DNA of 64,000 nucleotides, taken from positions 1 to 64,000 of the forward strand of contig JAJYUZ010000004.1 of the NCBI GenBank assembly GCA_021792255.1. The letters run 5' to 3'. Origin of the DNA: Thermoplasmata archaeon (lineage in GTDB: Archaea > Thermoplasmatota > Thermoplasmata > Thermoplasmatales > GCA-001856825). The notes under the pieces were generated by a model. That model had not been told where the DNA came from. It searched no databases and worked only from the letters and a program-made list of their open reading frames with translations. The first letter of the stretch is position 1. Each line of letters begins with the position of its first letter. Shown here in pieces: positions 10,225 to 24,236 of the stretch. Both the position numbers and the translations under genes were made by a program.

Positions 10225-10731
10225 TTGAGCGCCCCTACCCGAAAGGATCAGATTCTGGATTTCGTGAACAAGAATCCAGGTCATCACTTTAGGGGAATAC
10301 AAAGGTCTCTCCGTGTCTCGACAGGGGTTCTGCAGTATCATCTCAGCAGTCTCATTAAGGAAAACGACATAATCGTCAGAGATATAAACGGCACAAGTTG
10401 TTACTTTCCCAGCAAGTCGTTCAACGAAGACCAATTCAAGGTGCTCAGTCATCTCCGTAATAGGGTTAGGAACAAGATTCTTAGAGTCCTCCTTGATGGA
10501 AATCCAAGGCCGCCTGCTGAACTCAAGAAGGAACTATCAGTAAGCTCTCCCACTCTGAGTTACCACCTCGCGCTTATGACTGACGATGGTATCTTGGAAA
10601 AGGTACTGGGAGAGAAAGGAACTGCGTACAGAGTAAAAGACCTCAAGATATTCAAAGGGTTAATCGTTGAGTACAAGGAATCGTTTGCAGACAAGCTCAT
10701 TCAGGACTTCGTCGAATTGTGGTCCAGATAA
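10225..10731 (+). CDS. double winged-helix transcriptional regulator
   Basis: ILDFVNKNPGHHFRGIQRSL..GVLQYHL and second HTH ELKKELSVSSPTLSYHL; TTG start after GGTGA SD. Confidence 0.85.
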   Translation: MSAPTRKDQILDFVNKNPGHHFRGIQRSLRVSTGVLQYHLSSLIKENDIIVRDINGTSCYFPSKSFNEDQFKVLSHLRNRVRNKILRVLLDGNPRPPAELKKELSVSSPTLSYHLALMTDDGILEKVLGEKGTAYRVKDLKIFKGLIVEYKESFADKLIQDFVELWSR

Positions 10732-11592
10732 TCATTTCTTTTTGTAATAAATGAACAATGCGAGCATCAAGATGACGAAGATTGCTCCGCCGGTAGCGAG
10801 TGAGATTGAATTAGAGAAGAGATTTTGCATGAGCAGGCTCGAGAATCCAGAGACCTGATAATAGCTCATCACGTAATCATTCACAGACTGTCCGGACGAT
10901 AGTATTTGGTTGAAGGTGAAGGTATAGTTGCCATTTTTTATCGGAAATGAAAAGCTCAGGAGAGAATTTCCATTTCTCATATTGGAGTTTATTGATAGAG
11001 AGATGTTTGTCAGCGCATTCCCTATGTAGATCAGTCCCGGGGAGTGGAGGACGAAGGAAGCATTTCCGTAGTCAATAGTGAGATTATAGATGGAGGAGCT
11101 CTGAACCTGTTGTATTCCATCGATCGAGACTCCATTGATCTGAATTTCATTTGCGGGTACCATTTCTACCATCGTAACGTAAGAATAAGAAGTGTTCCCA
11201 CTGACAGATATTGAATTTAGGTAGGATTGTTTTGGAGGAGCCGAGACCTCGAAAGTTCCGTTTTCAGAAAGAAAATCTTGATCGATTTGATTCTTTGAAA
11301 TGTGAATAGAATCGTTCACAGACAGCGTATCGTTTATTGGAGAGATCAGATCTGTTTCATAGGAAAGATTCAAAACATCAACAGTTCTGACGACCTCAGA
11401 TTTCCCTGGATGAATTTGAAACGTTTCCATTGCATCGAAGGGGTGATTTCCAAGTTCTACGGAGATTAGGTTTACCATCGGTACCTTTTCAGCCGATGAA
11501 TTACCATTTACTGCCTGAGCTGGTGCAAATGCCAGAACAGTGGCAACCGTGACTAGTAATGCGACTAAGACTAGGTGCTGTCTCAACATCAA
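10732..11592 (-). CDS. secreted, C-terminally membrane-anchored hypothetical surface protein
   Basis: signal peptide (VLVALLVTVATVLAFAPAQA), Ser/Asn-rich with many N-x-S/T sequons, C-terminal TM followed by YYKKK. Confidence 0.75.
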   Translation of the reverse strand: MMLRQHLVLVALLVTVATVLAFAPAQAVNGNSSAEKVPMVNLISVELGNHPFDAMETFQIHPGKSEVVRTVDVLNLSYETDLISPINDTLSVNDSIHISKNQIDQDFLSENGTFEVSAPPKQSYLNSISVSGNTSYSYVTMVEMVPANEIQINGVSIDGIQQVQSSSIYNLTIDYGNASFVLHSPGLIYIGNALTNISLSINSNMRNGNSLLSFSFPIKNGNYTFTFNQILSSGQSVNDYVMSYYQVSGFSSLLMQNLFSNSISLATGGAIFVILMLALFIYYKKK

Positions 11593-11729
11593 TAGATGAA
11601 GAAGGTGTTATAATATTATCTGGTACGAATTTCTAACGGTCATTAATGCTACTGACAGAAGCTCCATCATACAATTCAGAAAAAATGATGGATAGCACCA
11701 CTAAAACCTTCCCTCCCGACTAGGAGTCC

Positions 11730-13517
11730 TTAGATGATGGAATACCTGATCTTTTGTCCGAGTGATATTGCCTTTCTCAGTGCCCTCCCTTGGACTGACT
11801 TGGTCTTTACTTGTATGATTCCATTTTTTGAAACCCTTGCGATGAACAGTGGCGAATCTTCTATCAGTACTTCCACTTCTTTGTCCTTAAGCTCCACTCC
11901 AACCTGAAGGTTGATCTTGTTTGCAGTTACTTCTGCACCTATGTTCTCGGCAGCCTTGAAATTCATCTCTTCAATGTCAATTGGCATTCCGATATCCTGC
12001 TCCAGCCCCTTTACCCTTCCTCCACCCTTGCCTATCACTTCTCCCATGTACTGTTCTGGAACATAGAGTTTCAGCCTGCCTGAGTCGTCGACATCTATCT
12101 TGTGGGGGACATCATAAAGTTCGTTCTCTATGTGATTGACAACGGATTTCATGTCCCGCTTCTGCCTTTTCTTCACAGGCACCACTACGACCTGCTCTCC
12201 GAAAGTGTAAATTTCGTACAACACCATTCCCGTGAAGAAATCCTTTATTTCAATAATTGGTCTGGCAAGGTCTTCCTCACTCATTCCAGAAGGGATCTTT
12301 ACAGAGTACGTCAAGTCGAGAACTTCCTTTATCCCACCGTTTTCAATGTAGATTATTGTGTCGATAATTTGGGGGATCAAACCGAGTTCAATTTTTCCGA
12401 CGAATCTTTGCATTGCGTCTATTGCTCTGGAGGCATGAATGACCCCAAGCATACCGACTCCGGCTAGTCTCAGGTCGGAATAAGTAGTGAAATCACTTGC
12501 GATCCTTATTTCGTCAAAAACAGTGTAATCAGGTCTCTCGAGCAACAGGATATCTCCAGTCTTCTCGATAGATCCGTCTAGCGGAGTGAGCTGAGTTATC
12601 TCTTGCGAAACCTGTAAGTCCCTAGGTTTCTCGATAGTCTTAACCACTTTCCCGAGAGAATTATAATACTCAGCCAGTGCCTGAACAAAAGTGCTCTTCC
12701 CGGCTCCCGGTTTTCCAGAGATGATAATTCCCTCTACCCTTTCCTTGAATCTCTTCATCAGGGAATCTCCGATCTGGTAGTCTTTAAGGTCCAGCCTCTT
12801 TATTGGCCTGACAGCCGTTATCTCCACTCCGTCACTTACTGGAGGTCTAGTTATGATAATCCGTATGTTCATGAGCTGAACTACTGTGGCTCCTCTGACA
12901 TCCATATCGATAAGGCTTTTGCTATCATTCCTTGCTCTCTCTACAATATCGTTCGCAATCGTGTTCAATTCCTCTCTATCTAGAACGACACTCCCATACT
13001 CCAGGTTCCAGTTGCCCGGTCTTCCAACTTTCATTCTAGCCCTAGTCCCTTCTTTGAGGTGAACCGACATAGTGTCCTCCGCGAAGAAAGTCTCAATTCT
13101 CTTTGAAAGTATCTGAATTGGTTCCAAGTAAAGTACTCTAATGCCCTTTATCTCTGCCACGGACTTCTGTATGAAATCTCCTGTGACGAGTACCGAATTT
13201 GTCTCGAGGGCTGATTGTCTAATCAGTTCGTCAATTTCCCCACTCCTCGCTCTCTTTATCTGCCATTCCGCTGGTCTTCTGCCCGTAAAACTTAGGGAAA
13301 TCTTCCCTTCATCGCTCATCTTCCTGAGCCTCTTCAATTCTTCAAGGCCCGTAAACCCTATGCTTCTTCCCTCATTCGCCTGATGTTCGATTTCAGAAAT
13401 GAGCGACTCTGGCACCACTACGTCCGCTGGTGTTCTTTCCTTGAGGAATTCGCAGAATCTTCCATCTACTATCACTGAAGTGTCCGGGATATAGGTCTCC
13501 TGCAATTCAATCACCAT
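11730..13517 (-). CDS. PIN-domain/VirB11-like ATPase with KH domain (PINA)
   Basis: PDTSVIVDG PIN, GKPGAGKST Walker A, RPDYTVFDEIR, DLRLAGVG, VIGKGG KH. Confidence 0.92.
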   Translation of the reverse strand: MVIELQETYIPDTSVIVDGRFCEFLKERTPADVVVPESLISEIEHQANEGRSIGFTGLEELKRLRKMSDEGKISLSFTGRRPAEWQIKRARSGEIDELIRQSALETNSVLVTGDFIQKSVAEIKGIRVLYLEPIQILSKRIETFFAEDTMSVHLKEGTRARMKVGRPGNWNLEYGSVVLDREELNTIANDIVERARNDSKSLIDMDVRGATVVQLMNIRIIITRPPVSDGVEITAVRPIKRLDLKDYQIGDSLMKRFKERVEGIIISGKPGAGKSTFVQALAEYYNSLGKVVKTIEKPRDLQVSQEITQLTPLDGSIEKTGDILLLERPDYTVFDEIRIASDFTTYSDLRLAGVGMLGVIHASRAIDAMQRFVGKIELGLIPQIIDTIIYIENGGIKEVLDLTYSVKIPSGMSEEDLARPIIEIKDFFTGMVLYEIYTFGEQVVVVPVKKRQKRDMKSVVNHIENELYDVPHKIDVDDSGRLKLYVPEQYMGEVIGKGGGRVKGLEQDIGMPIDIEEMNFKAAENIGAEVTANKINLQVGVELKDKEVEVLIEDSPLFIARVSKNGIIQVKTKSVQGRALRKAISLGQKIRYSII

Positions 13518-13526
13518 CCTTTATTT

Positions 13527-14453
13527 TCATTCCCACTCGATTGTCGCCGGTGGCTTGTCCGTGATATCATAAACCACTCTACTTATTTCAGGAATACCAT
13601 TCGTAATCTCCCTCGATATCTTAGCCAGTAGATCCAGGGGGATGAAGCTAAAATTTGCGGTCATACCATCCAGTGAACCAACGCACCTGATCGCAACAGT
13701 GAACCCGTATACTCGTCTATCTCCGTGAACTCCCGTAGTCCGATCGGCCAGCAGTACGACGAAGTACTGCCAGGGGATATCTTCCATTGCCGAAACATTG
13801 GTTTCCAAAATGGAGGTTGCCTTCTTCAAGAGTTCGACCTTATCCTTGGTGACCTCCCCAATGATTCTTACGGCAAGGCCAGGACCTGGGAATGGCTGTC
13901 GCATATGAGGGATTTGATAGAATTCAGCAATCTTCCTCACCTCATCCTTGTAGAGGTCTCTGAGTGGTTCGATTATCTTAAGATTGACCTTTTCAGGTAA
14001 GCCACCAACATTGTGATGGCTCTTGATGGTGTCTCTCAGTCCACCTCCAGATTCTATCCAGTCAGGAGCGATCGTACCTTGCACTAAATATTCTGCACCA
14101 AAAGCTGCTGCCTCTCTCTCGAAGACGTCGATAAAGGTCTTACCAATTATCTTCCTCTTGGACTCGGGATCTGAGACTCCTTTCAGTCTCTCCAAGAATA
14201 GGTTCTCCTCTCTTACTATCTTGTGATTGACCGCAAGTCCAGTCAGAGTATTTTGAACGTCCTTTTCTTCGCCTGTACGCATGAGTCCCGTGTCGACGTA
14301 TATTGCTAGAACATCAGATCCAAGCGCATCTGAAACAATCTTTGCCGCTACCGTACTGTCTATGCCACCGGAGACCGCAATAACTGATCTTCCTTTGACT
14401 TCTTTCTTAATCTTTTTTACCGCTTCCGAAACAAACGATTGAGGAGAAAACAA
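13527..14453 (-). CDS. guaAB: GMP synthase ATP pyrophosphatase subunit
   Basis: SGGIDS, QGTIAPDWIES, IKSHHNVGGLP, PFPGPGLAVR, DITDKPPATIEWE. Confidence 0.96.
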   Translation of the reverse strand: MFSPQSFVSEAVKKIKKEVKGRSVIAVSGGIDSTVAAKIVSDALGSDVLAIYVDTGLMRTGEEKDVQNTLTGLAVNHKIVREENLFLERLKGVSDPESKRKIIGKTFIDVFEREAAAFGAEYLVQGTIAPDWIESGGGLRDTIKSHHNVGGLPEKVNLKIIEPLRDLYKDEVRKIAEFYQIPHMRQPFPGPGLAVRIIGEVTKDKVELLKKATSILETNVSAMEDIPWQYFVVLLADRTTGVHGDRRVYGFTVAIRCVGSLDGMTANFSFIPLDLLAKISREITNGIPEISRVVYDITDKPPATIEWE

Positions 14454-14466
14454 TTCAGATCGGTCT

Positions 14467-14760
14467 TTAGGTCTTGAGCAGGACCGCGAGGAATATCAGT
14501 AGAGCAATGACAGCGCCCACTATTGCCGAAACGAGGTAAAGAACTCCGTTGTATATCACGCTCACGATGCTCACGTTTAGCGCGACTCTCGCAAAATAGG
14601 TGACCAGCCATACAACAAGGCCAACTACTGCAAGGACTATCCCAAAAGTTCTGACCTTTCCTGATCCGAAATATGCTGCAAATATACCAAGTACCAGCAA
14701 TGAAAGTCCTAGCATTAGGAGCAACACTGCAACAAAGATTTCTCCAAATGATGAAACCAT
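14467..14760 (-). CDS. conserved small membrane protein (3 TM)
   Basis: hydrophobic, GIFAAYFGSGKVRTFG motif, co-oriented in operon. Confidence 0.75.
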   Translation of the reverse strand: MVSSFGEIFVAVLLLMLGLSLLVLGIFAAYFGSGKVRTFGIVLAVVGLVVWLVTYFARVALNVSIVSVIYNGVLYLVSAIVGAVIALLIFLAVLLKT

Positions 14761-14768
14761 ATTATTAC

Positions 14769-15011
14769 CTACATTTTTATTCCAGTTAGTGTCTTCGTGT
14801 CCAAAATACCTTCTATTACTCTAATCTTTTCCATGACTATCTGACCCAACTCTGTAAAATCTTTCGTTTCGAGCTTGGCAATCAGGTCATACTCTCCAAA
14901 AAGAGGGTGTAATTCCACTATTTCCTTAATCTTCAATAGCTCGTTATATACCTGGTGCTCTTTTCCTGGAACTGTACTGATCAAAACAAAACCAACAGCC
15001 AGATTCACCAC
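14769..15011 (-). CDS. stand-alone Lrp/AsnC ligand-binding (RAM) domain protein
   Basis: GFVLIS..PGKE, LFGEYDLIAK, IRVIEGILDTKT; no HTH. Confidence 0.88.
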   Translation of the reverse strand: MVNLAVGFVLISTVPGKEHQVYNELLKIKEIVELHPLFGEYDLIAKLETKDFTELGQIVMEKIRVIEGILDTKTLTGIKM

Positions 15012-15193
15012 CGAAGTTTAATCGACTGGTCTTATAAATCCTTTTCGAGTTTTCTCGTGCATTGGCTCAACATCAGAACATCCTTTTGGCATTGCGTTAC
15101 TATACTTAAATTGGTCCGAGATGACGCAAATACATTGAATTTTAGCTAAAATTTCCCAACAAAATTTTTTAACTCATAGTGACTAACGTAGTC

Positions 15194-18859
<3,666 letters not shown>

Positions 18860-18865
<6 letters not shown>

Positions 18866-20902
18866 TCCGTGGGTGACATCCCTTTCCACTAGTTTTTTTG
18901 CCTCCTTTACTATGCTCTCCGAAATCCTTTCTCCAAATCCCTGTATTCTTTCGAGATCTCTTGGAGCTGAGTTTGCAATCTTTTGCAGATCAAAGCCACT
19001 CATTTTGAGCCGTCTCGCTCTCACTCTACCAACGTTTGGAAGGAATACCAGAGGAATCAGGTCCTGTTGAATTCCGTTTGAAATTCGATAATTGAGTACT
19101 CTCAGCTCTGTTCTCCCCAGATTCAAAGTTCTGGATATTTCGTACAGAGAGTGAGAGAGCCAGTTCGCTATTTCTACCCTGTTTCTAAGGTCTGCTGGCC
19201 ATATGTGATACTTTTCCACAATAGCATCTTCGGGCAGTTCATCTATCCAGTCGCCCAGAATGAGAGCTACCTTCATCTGTTCAGGCTCAGGACGAAATGG
19301 GAGATGGGAGGGCGGAATGTAAGGAAAAGACTCGCTTTCGGACACATAGAGTGAAGGCATGTCAGGAGTGGAACTGATTCCAAGAAGGATGTCGTCTACA
19401 TTTTCAAGAGAAACTGTATTCCTGAGAATTACTCCCGTTAATGGGTCTATGTACAATTCCGAAACCTTTCTTCCGAAAGGAGTCGGTTTAAAGGAACCTT
19501 CACCCCTTATCATATCATTTTCTCTCAGGAATTCGAGACTGTTAGTAATCCACTCGTCCAGTTGAAGGCCTTCGTGATGGGCGAGGGTGGTCGAAAAGAA
19601 CTTGGTAAGTGACGTAAAATCCTTGCTCATTCCTGAAGAAATGAGGCCGAGGACGTGCATTCTGATCTTACCTTCGTTAATTCTCGAAGAGATGCTTTCC
19701 AGTTCCCCGTTCACATAAGTCGAAAAGACTTCCTGGAGCCGTATCTTAGAAGAGTAAATGTAACCATTTCCGATCCTGTCGTATTTCACTCTCCCCGCTC
19801 TTCCCAGCATCTGTTGTACTTCAAGATTCGGAATCAGAGACGAGCCGAACCCGTCATACCTGTAGACGTCTTTTATGACGACAGTTCTTGCAGGAAGGTT
19901 GAGGCCCGCTGCAAGGGTAGTCGTTGCGACTATGACCTTTATTTTTCTTTCCCTGAACAATCTCTCGACCAGTCTCCTCTGCTCAGAAAGCATGCCCGCG
20001 TGATGATATCCCACTCCCCTCTTTAGGACTGGTATCAATTTTTCATATCCGGGGGATTCAGATTCATTCTTTATCTCTCCCATCTCCCCTCTTTCTCTTT
20101 GACTTATTCTTCCCTCCACGTATCGGCTCATCTTTTCTGCAGTACTCTCCGCCGATTTTCTTGAACGTACGAAGATTAGAGTCTGACCAGAATCGTCGAG
20201 GGAATCGGTCACAAAGTCCTCGAAAGATTTCACGTCAGAAACGAGCATACCATCCTCATCTACAATAGAATCAGGGGTTATCACAAACTTTCGCAGTGGT
20301 ACTGGTCTAAAATCGCTAGTAACCTCTCTCGAATTGAGCCAGAATGCAATGTCCTTCACATTCTTCACGGTTGCAGACATAGCGATAAATTGTGCTCCTT
20401 CTACCAAGTGCCTAATTTTTGAAATGACGATCTCAAGAGTGCTTCCCCTTGACTCGTCCAGAATATTGTGGATTTCGTCGAAAACGATGAATCCTAGGTT
20501 GTCGAAGACAGAAGGGTTGTTCCTCAGGAGCGAATCAACCTTTTCGGAGGTCGAGATTATGACATCATAGCTCTTCAGATAGTTAGAGGGTCTATCATAA
20601 TCACCGGTGCTTATGCCTATTTTTAACCCCAGTTCTTCAAAGAATTTCAGTTCCTCAAATTTTTCCTCCGCCAGGGCTCTAAGCGGAACCACATAGAGGG
20701 ATCTAAGCCCCTTCTTCCAAGCCCTAAGGATTCCAAAATATGCAACAACTGTCTTCCCCGATGACGTTGGAGTTGCCAGCAGAAGTGACTCTCCCCTCGA
20801 AAGAATCTTGATTCCATCTAACTGTAGAGAGTATAGTCTTTCTATCCCTTCCTTCTTGAGATAGCTTAGAAATTCATCAGGTACGGGAAATCCAAAGTCC
20901 AA
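18860..20902 (-). CDS. hel308: Ski2-like ATP-dependent DNA helicase Hel308/Hjm
   Basis: PTSSGKT, DEIH, MSAT, YHHAG, ATTTLAAGLNLPA, QMLGRAGR, C-terminal HhH VGRVRAR. Confidence 0.93.
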
Positions 20903-20905
20903 ATC

Positions 20906-22225
20906 CTAAATTACCTCTTTTCCCATCAGCTCTCTCAGTACCTTTGGTACAACTATGCTACCGTCCTCGAGCTGATTGTTTTCTATTATTGCTACAAGCG
21001 TTCTGGTCATAGCTGCCAGCGTTGAGTTCAAGGTGTGCACATATGCATTTCCGTCCTTTCCCCTATATCTGACCTTTAATCTCCTCGCCTGGTAATCCAT
21101 TACGTTGGATGCGCTCACAACTTCCCTAAACTGTGCCTGTGCTGGATACCACGCTTCTATGTCGAACTTCCTGCTAGCAACGTTGCCCAAATCTCCCGTT
21201 GCAATATCGACTATGCGGAATGGTATTCCGAGGGCTCGGTAAAACTCTTTCGCATTTTCTAGCAATTTCTGATGATAGCTTTTCGAATCTTCTGGCTTCA
21301 CGAAGGCAAATTGCTCTATCTTGTTGAATTGGTGAACCCTGAAAATTCCTTTTGTGTCTTTTCCATGAGCTCCTGCTTCCTTCCTGAAACAAGGAGATAT
21401 TCCTGCGTAGAGCAACGGAAGTTGGTTTTCCTCAAGGATGGTGTCATAATGGAAAGCAGCTATCGGGTGTTCTGAAGTTGCTATCAGATACAGATCCTCT
21501 CCCTCTATCTTGTAAAGGGTATCTTCGAAAGCAGTGAAGTCGGTGGCACCGTCGGTCGCTTGCTTGTTTAGCATGAATGGGGGCTCAACGAGTGTGAATC
21601 CTTTCTTTTGCATGAACTCAAGGGCAAAATGTTCCAATGAAGTCTCCAGCAGGACCAGACTTCCTAGCAAATAGTAGAACCTTGAGCCAGAGACCATTGC
21701 AGCACTTTCTAGATTTGCAAGATTTCTTTTCACCAGGAGATCGACGTGACTCTGAGGTTTGAATCTAGAAATTTCATACTCCATCTTGCCCATGCTCTGA
21801 GCTACGAACCCTTCGACATCACTTTCGAAGACCTTGGCCCTCCCCTCGAAATAGATCGGAAGATTTCCAGAGTCATCCTTTGCAACGGGTGCCTCCGGAT
21901 CGACAATATTAGGGATTTTCTTCAGTATCAAGTCTCTTTCTGATTCTATCTCTCTTAGCTTTGTTTCGTAGTCGCCTATGTTTCTATCTATTTCAGAGGC
22001 CTTTGACTTTATTGAATCCGAATTTCCTCCGGCCCTGATTATTTCTCCGATCTCTCTGACCAGCTTGTTCTTGTCCGCCTTCAGATTATTGGACTTTCTC
22101 AGAAGTTCCCTCCACTCTGAATCCAGTCTTATGGCCTCCTTGATGATTTCATCGCTCTGAAATCTTCTCTTTTGGCTGTCAAAGAGAATTTCGGGATTCT
22201 TTCTGAGAATGTTTACGTCTATCAC
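20906..22225 (-). CDS. serS: seryl-tRNA synthetase
   Basis: N-terminal coiled coil, LIATSEHP, CFRKEAG, GIFRVHQF, EVVSASN, HTLNST. Confidence 0.97.
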   Translation of the reverse strand: MIDVNILRKNPEILFDSQKRRFQSDEIIKEAIRLDSEWRELLRKSNNLKADKNKLVREIGEIIRAGGNSDSIKSKASEIDRNIGDYETKLREIESERDLILKKIPNIVDPEAPVAKDDSGNLPIYFEGRAKVFESDVEGFVAQSMGKMEYEISRFKPQSHVDLLVKRNLANLESAAMVSGSRFYYLLGSLVLLETSLEHFALEFMQKKGFTLVEPPFMLNKQATDGATDFTAFEDTLYKIEGEDLYLIATSEHPIAAFHYDTILEENQLPLLYAGISPCFRKEAGAHGKDTKGIFRVHQFNKIEQFAFVKPEDSKSYHQKLLENAKEFYRALGIPFRIVDIATGDLGNVASRKFDIEAWYPAQAQFREVVSASNVMDYQARRLKVRYRGKDGNAYVHTLNSTLAAMTRTLVAIIENNQLEDGSIVVPKVLRELMGKEVI

Positions 22226-22298
22226 TATTTGTCAACGTAATCATTCTAATAAAATTGTTCACCCAGACTTGATTTCTCGAAATGCTCTTTCGAAGTCA

Positions 22299-24236
22299 CT
22301 AGTTATCGGATTTTCCTATCACGTCTCTTATTTTCTTCGTCAACAGTTCAGAGATCTCCTTACCTTCAAACTGCCCTCTTGCCTCTTTCATGACCTTTCC
22401 CATTATCAGTTTGAATGACCCCTCTCCTCTCTCCTTTATCAGAGATTTATTTTCCTCTATCACGCTCTCAATAATTCTTACCAGTTTTTCCGTATCTTCG
22501 CTCTTTATTTTAAAATCAACCCCTATCTCTTTCATCTCGTGTTGGTCTTTGAGAATAAGGGTAAAGTCTAGCGATTCATTTTTGGTCAACATTATCTTTC
22601 TATTCTCAGAGAGACCGAACTCTCCGTCCTGGTATAGGGATTCCAGGGATTCGGAAGGTATGTTCCCTTTAGAAAATCGGTTGATCAGGGTCTTCGCCTT
22701 CTGCAGATCAGGAGGCTCAGATGAGAATACCACAGAGAGAAATTTTGCACAAATCTTGGGATTCCCGAATTCATTTACGAAAGATTCCAGCACATCATCG
22801 TACTCTTTCCATAGCGAATTAAAGGCCTCCTGCCTAGGTACACCTAGAGCCTCCAGAAGATTCACCCTCTGCTCTACAGTAGGCGGCAACTTCTTTTCCA
22901 CCTCTTTCAAATAGCTCGGATCCAGCCGAATAAGGGGAATGTCCGTTTCGGGGTACATTCTTGAACTTCCTGCTAAAGGTCTCAAATACCTTGTCCCGTT
23001 TTCTGTGGCCCCTCTGGTTTCAGCAGGGACTCCACCCAGAGCATCTTTGATCCTATTTTGAATTATCTCGATGCATACCTCTATTTTGGTCGGTTCAAGA
23101 ACTATAAGACCAAAGGCATCATCAGTTTTCGACCCGAGTTTTCTGGAAATCTCTTGCTTTTCGTTCTCACCTATTCCATAATTTGGCAGCTCATCTGAGT
23201 GAATAAATCCGCCAATTCCGACCACCTTCAGTCTCTCTGCTATTTCCTTTCCCAGTCTGAATCTTCCATTGTTAAGAACCCCAGACAATCCCGGAAGAGT
23301 GAAGCCAAATATCTTCTTCCCACTCTTTGCTCCCTTTGAAAAGAGTTCGTAATCTTTAAAATAGTTCGAGTTCGTCAAGTCTTCCAGGAGTAACCCCGTG
23401 GAAACGGCCCTACCTTTGAGTACATTTGCTATCTCAATGAGGGACTCCTGTCTTTCTATCTCTTTTGAAAGTACTTTCTCTATTTGTGATAGCGACTGAA
23501 CCCCCTTGATTTCAACCCTGTTCCCCCCCTTTATCGAGACGTTGAGATCCTGCCTTATACTGCTAGCCTCTCTCCTTATCATCCCACTCTGCTTGACCGC
23601 CAGACCTATACTCTGAGCCACTTCTCTCGCTTCTTTGGGGCTGCGCATGTCGGGATCAGTTGAAATCTCTATCAAAGGGATGCCAAGTCTGTCCAAATTA
23701 TAGACGATCTTTTCACCTTCTTCCCTGACTTTTTTGCAAGCTTCCTCCTCAAGCGTGACAGATGTAATTCCTATGTTCCTGGAATTTCCCTTGAAATTCC
23801 CGTGCAGTCCAATGATTCCGGTCCTCTGGAACCCGGAAGTGTTAGAACCGTCTATGACAATTTTTCTCATGAAGTGCACATTATCGACAATTCTGCAACC
23901 CATTATCAGGGATACCACCACTGCAGTCTCCAGCGTCTCCCTTCCAGGAAGGTGAGGCGGTTCTTCATCCATCTCCACTAGGCACGAATTTTCCGTTTTG
24001 ATGTATTCGTACTCCTTCCCCTTTGACGATTCTTGCATCGCTGCTGCATCCTTGTCAGATTTTTCTCCGGAGACCACGCTGAGTTTCCTCTCGAAGGATC
24101 CAAGTTCTAGTACGCTTTCCTCTCCGAGGCATTCACAGAATAGCTTCCTTCCCTTGACTTGGAAGTGTATCTCTAACCCTATCTTGGTATCATTCGGTTC
24201 TTCTTTCAGAGATCTCCCCCCTGAGATTCTTGTCAA
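22299..24236 (-). CDS. gatE: Glu-tRNA(Gln) amidotransferase subunit E (start codon uncertain)
   Basis: KIGLEIHFQ, DEEPPH, MRKIVIDGSNTSGFQRT, LDRLGIPLIE, IRQDLNVS, RMYPETDIP; follows gatD. Confidence 0.95.
   Translation of the reverse strand: MTRISGGRSLKEEPNDTKIGLEIHFQVKGRKLFCECLGEESVLELGSFERKLSVVSGEKSDKDAAAMQESSKGKEYEYIKTENSCLVEMDEEPPHLPGRETLETAVVVSLIMGCRIVDNVHFMRKIVIDGSNTSGFQRTGIIGLHGNFKGNSRNIGITSVTLEEEACKKVREEGEKIVYNLDRLGIPLIEISTDPDMRSPKEAREVAQSIGLAVKQSGMIRREASSIRQDLNVSIKGGNRVEIKGVQSLSQIEKVLSKEIERQESLIEIANVLKGRAVSTGLLLEDLTNSNYFKDYELFSKGAKSGKKIFGFTLPGLSGVLNNGRFRLGKEIAERLKVVGIGGFIHSDELPNYGIGENEKQEISRKLGSKTDDAFGLIVLEPTKIEVCIEIIQNRIKDALGGVPAETRGATENGTRYLRPLAGSSRMYPETDIPLIRLDPSYLKEVEKKLPPTVEQRVNLLEALGVPRQEAFNSLWKEYDDVLESFVNEFGNPKICAKFLSVVFSSEPPDLQKAKTLINRFSKGNIPSESLESLYQDGEFGLSENRKIMLTKNESLDFTLILKDQHEMKEIGVDFKIKSEDTEKLVRIIESVIEENKSLIKERGEGSFKLIMGKVMKEARGQFEGKEISELLTKKIRDVIGKSDN

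Noticed and set aside
11730-13517. PIN toxin or type IV secretion ATPase system
   Set aside because: The PIN-ATPase-KH architecture is the conserved archaeal housekeeping PINA, and no antitoxin or pilus genes are adjacent.
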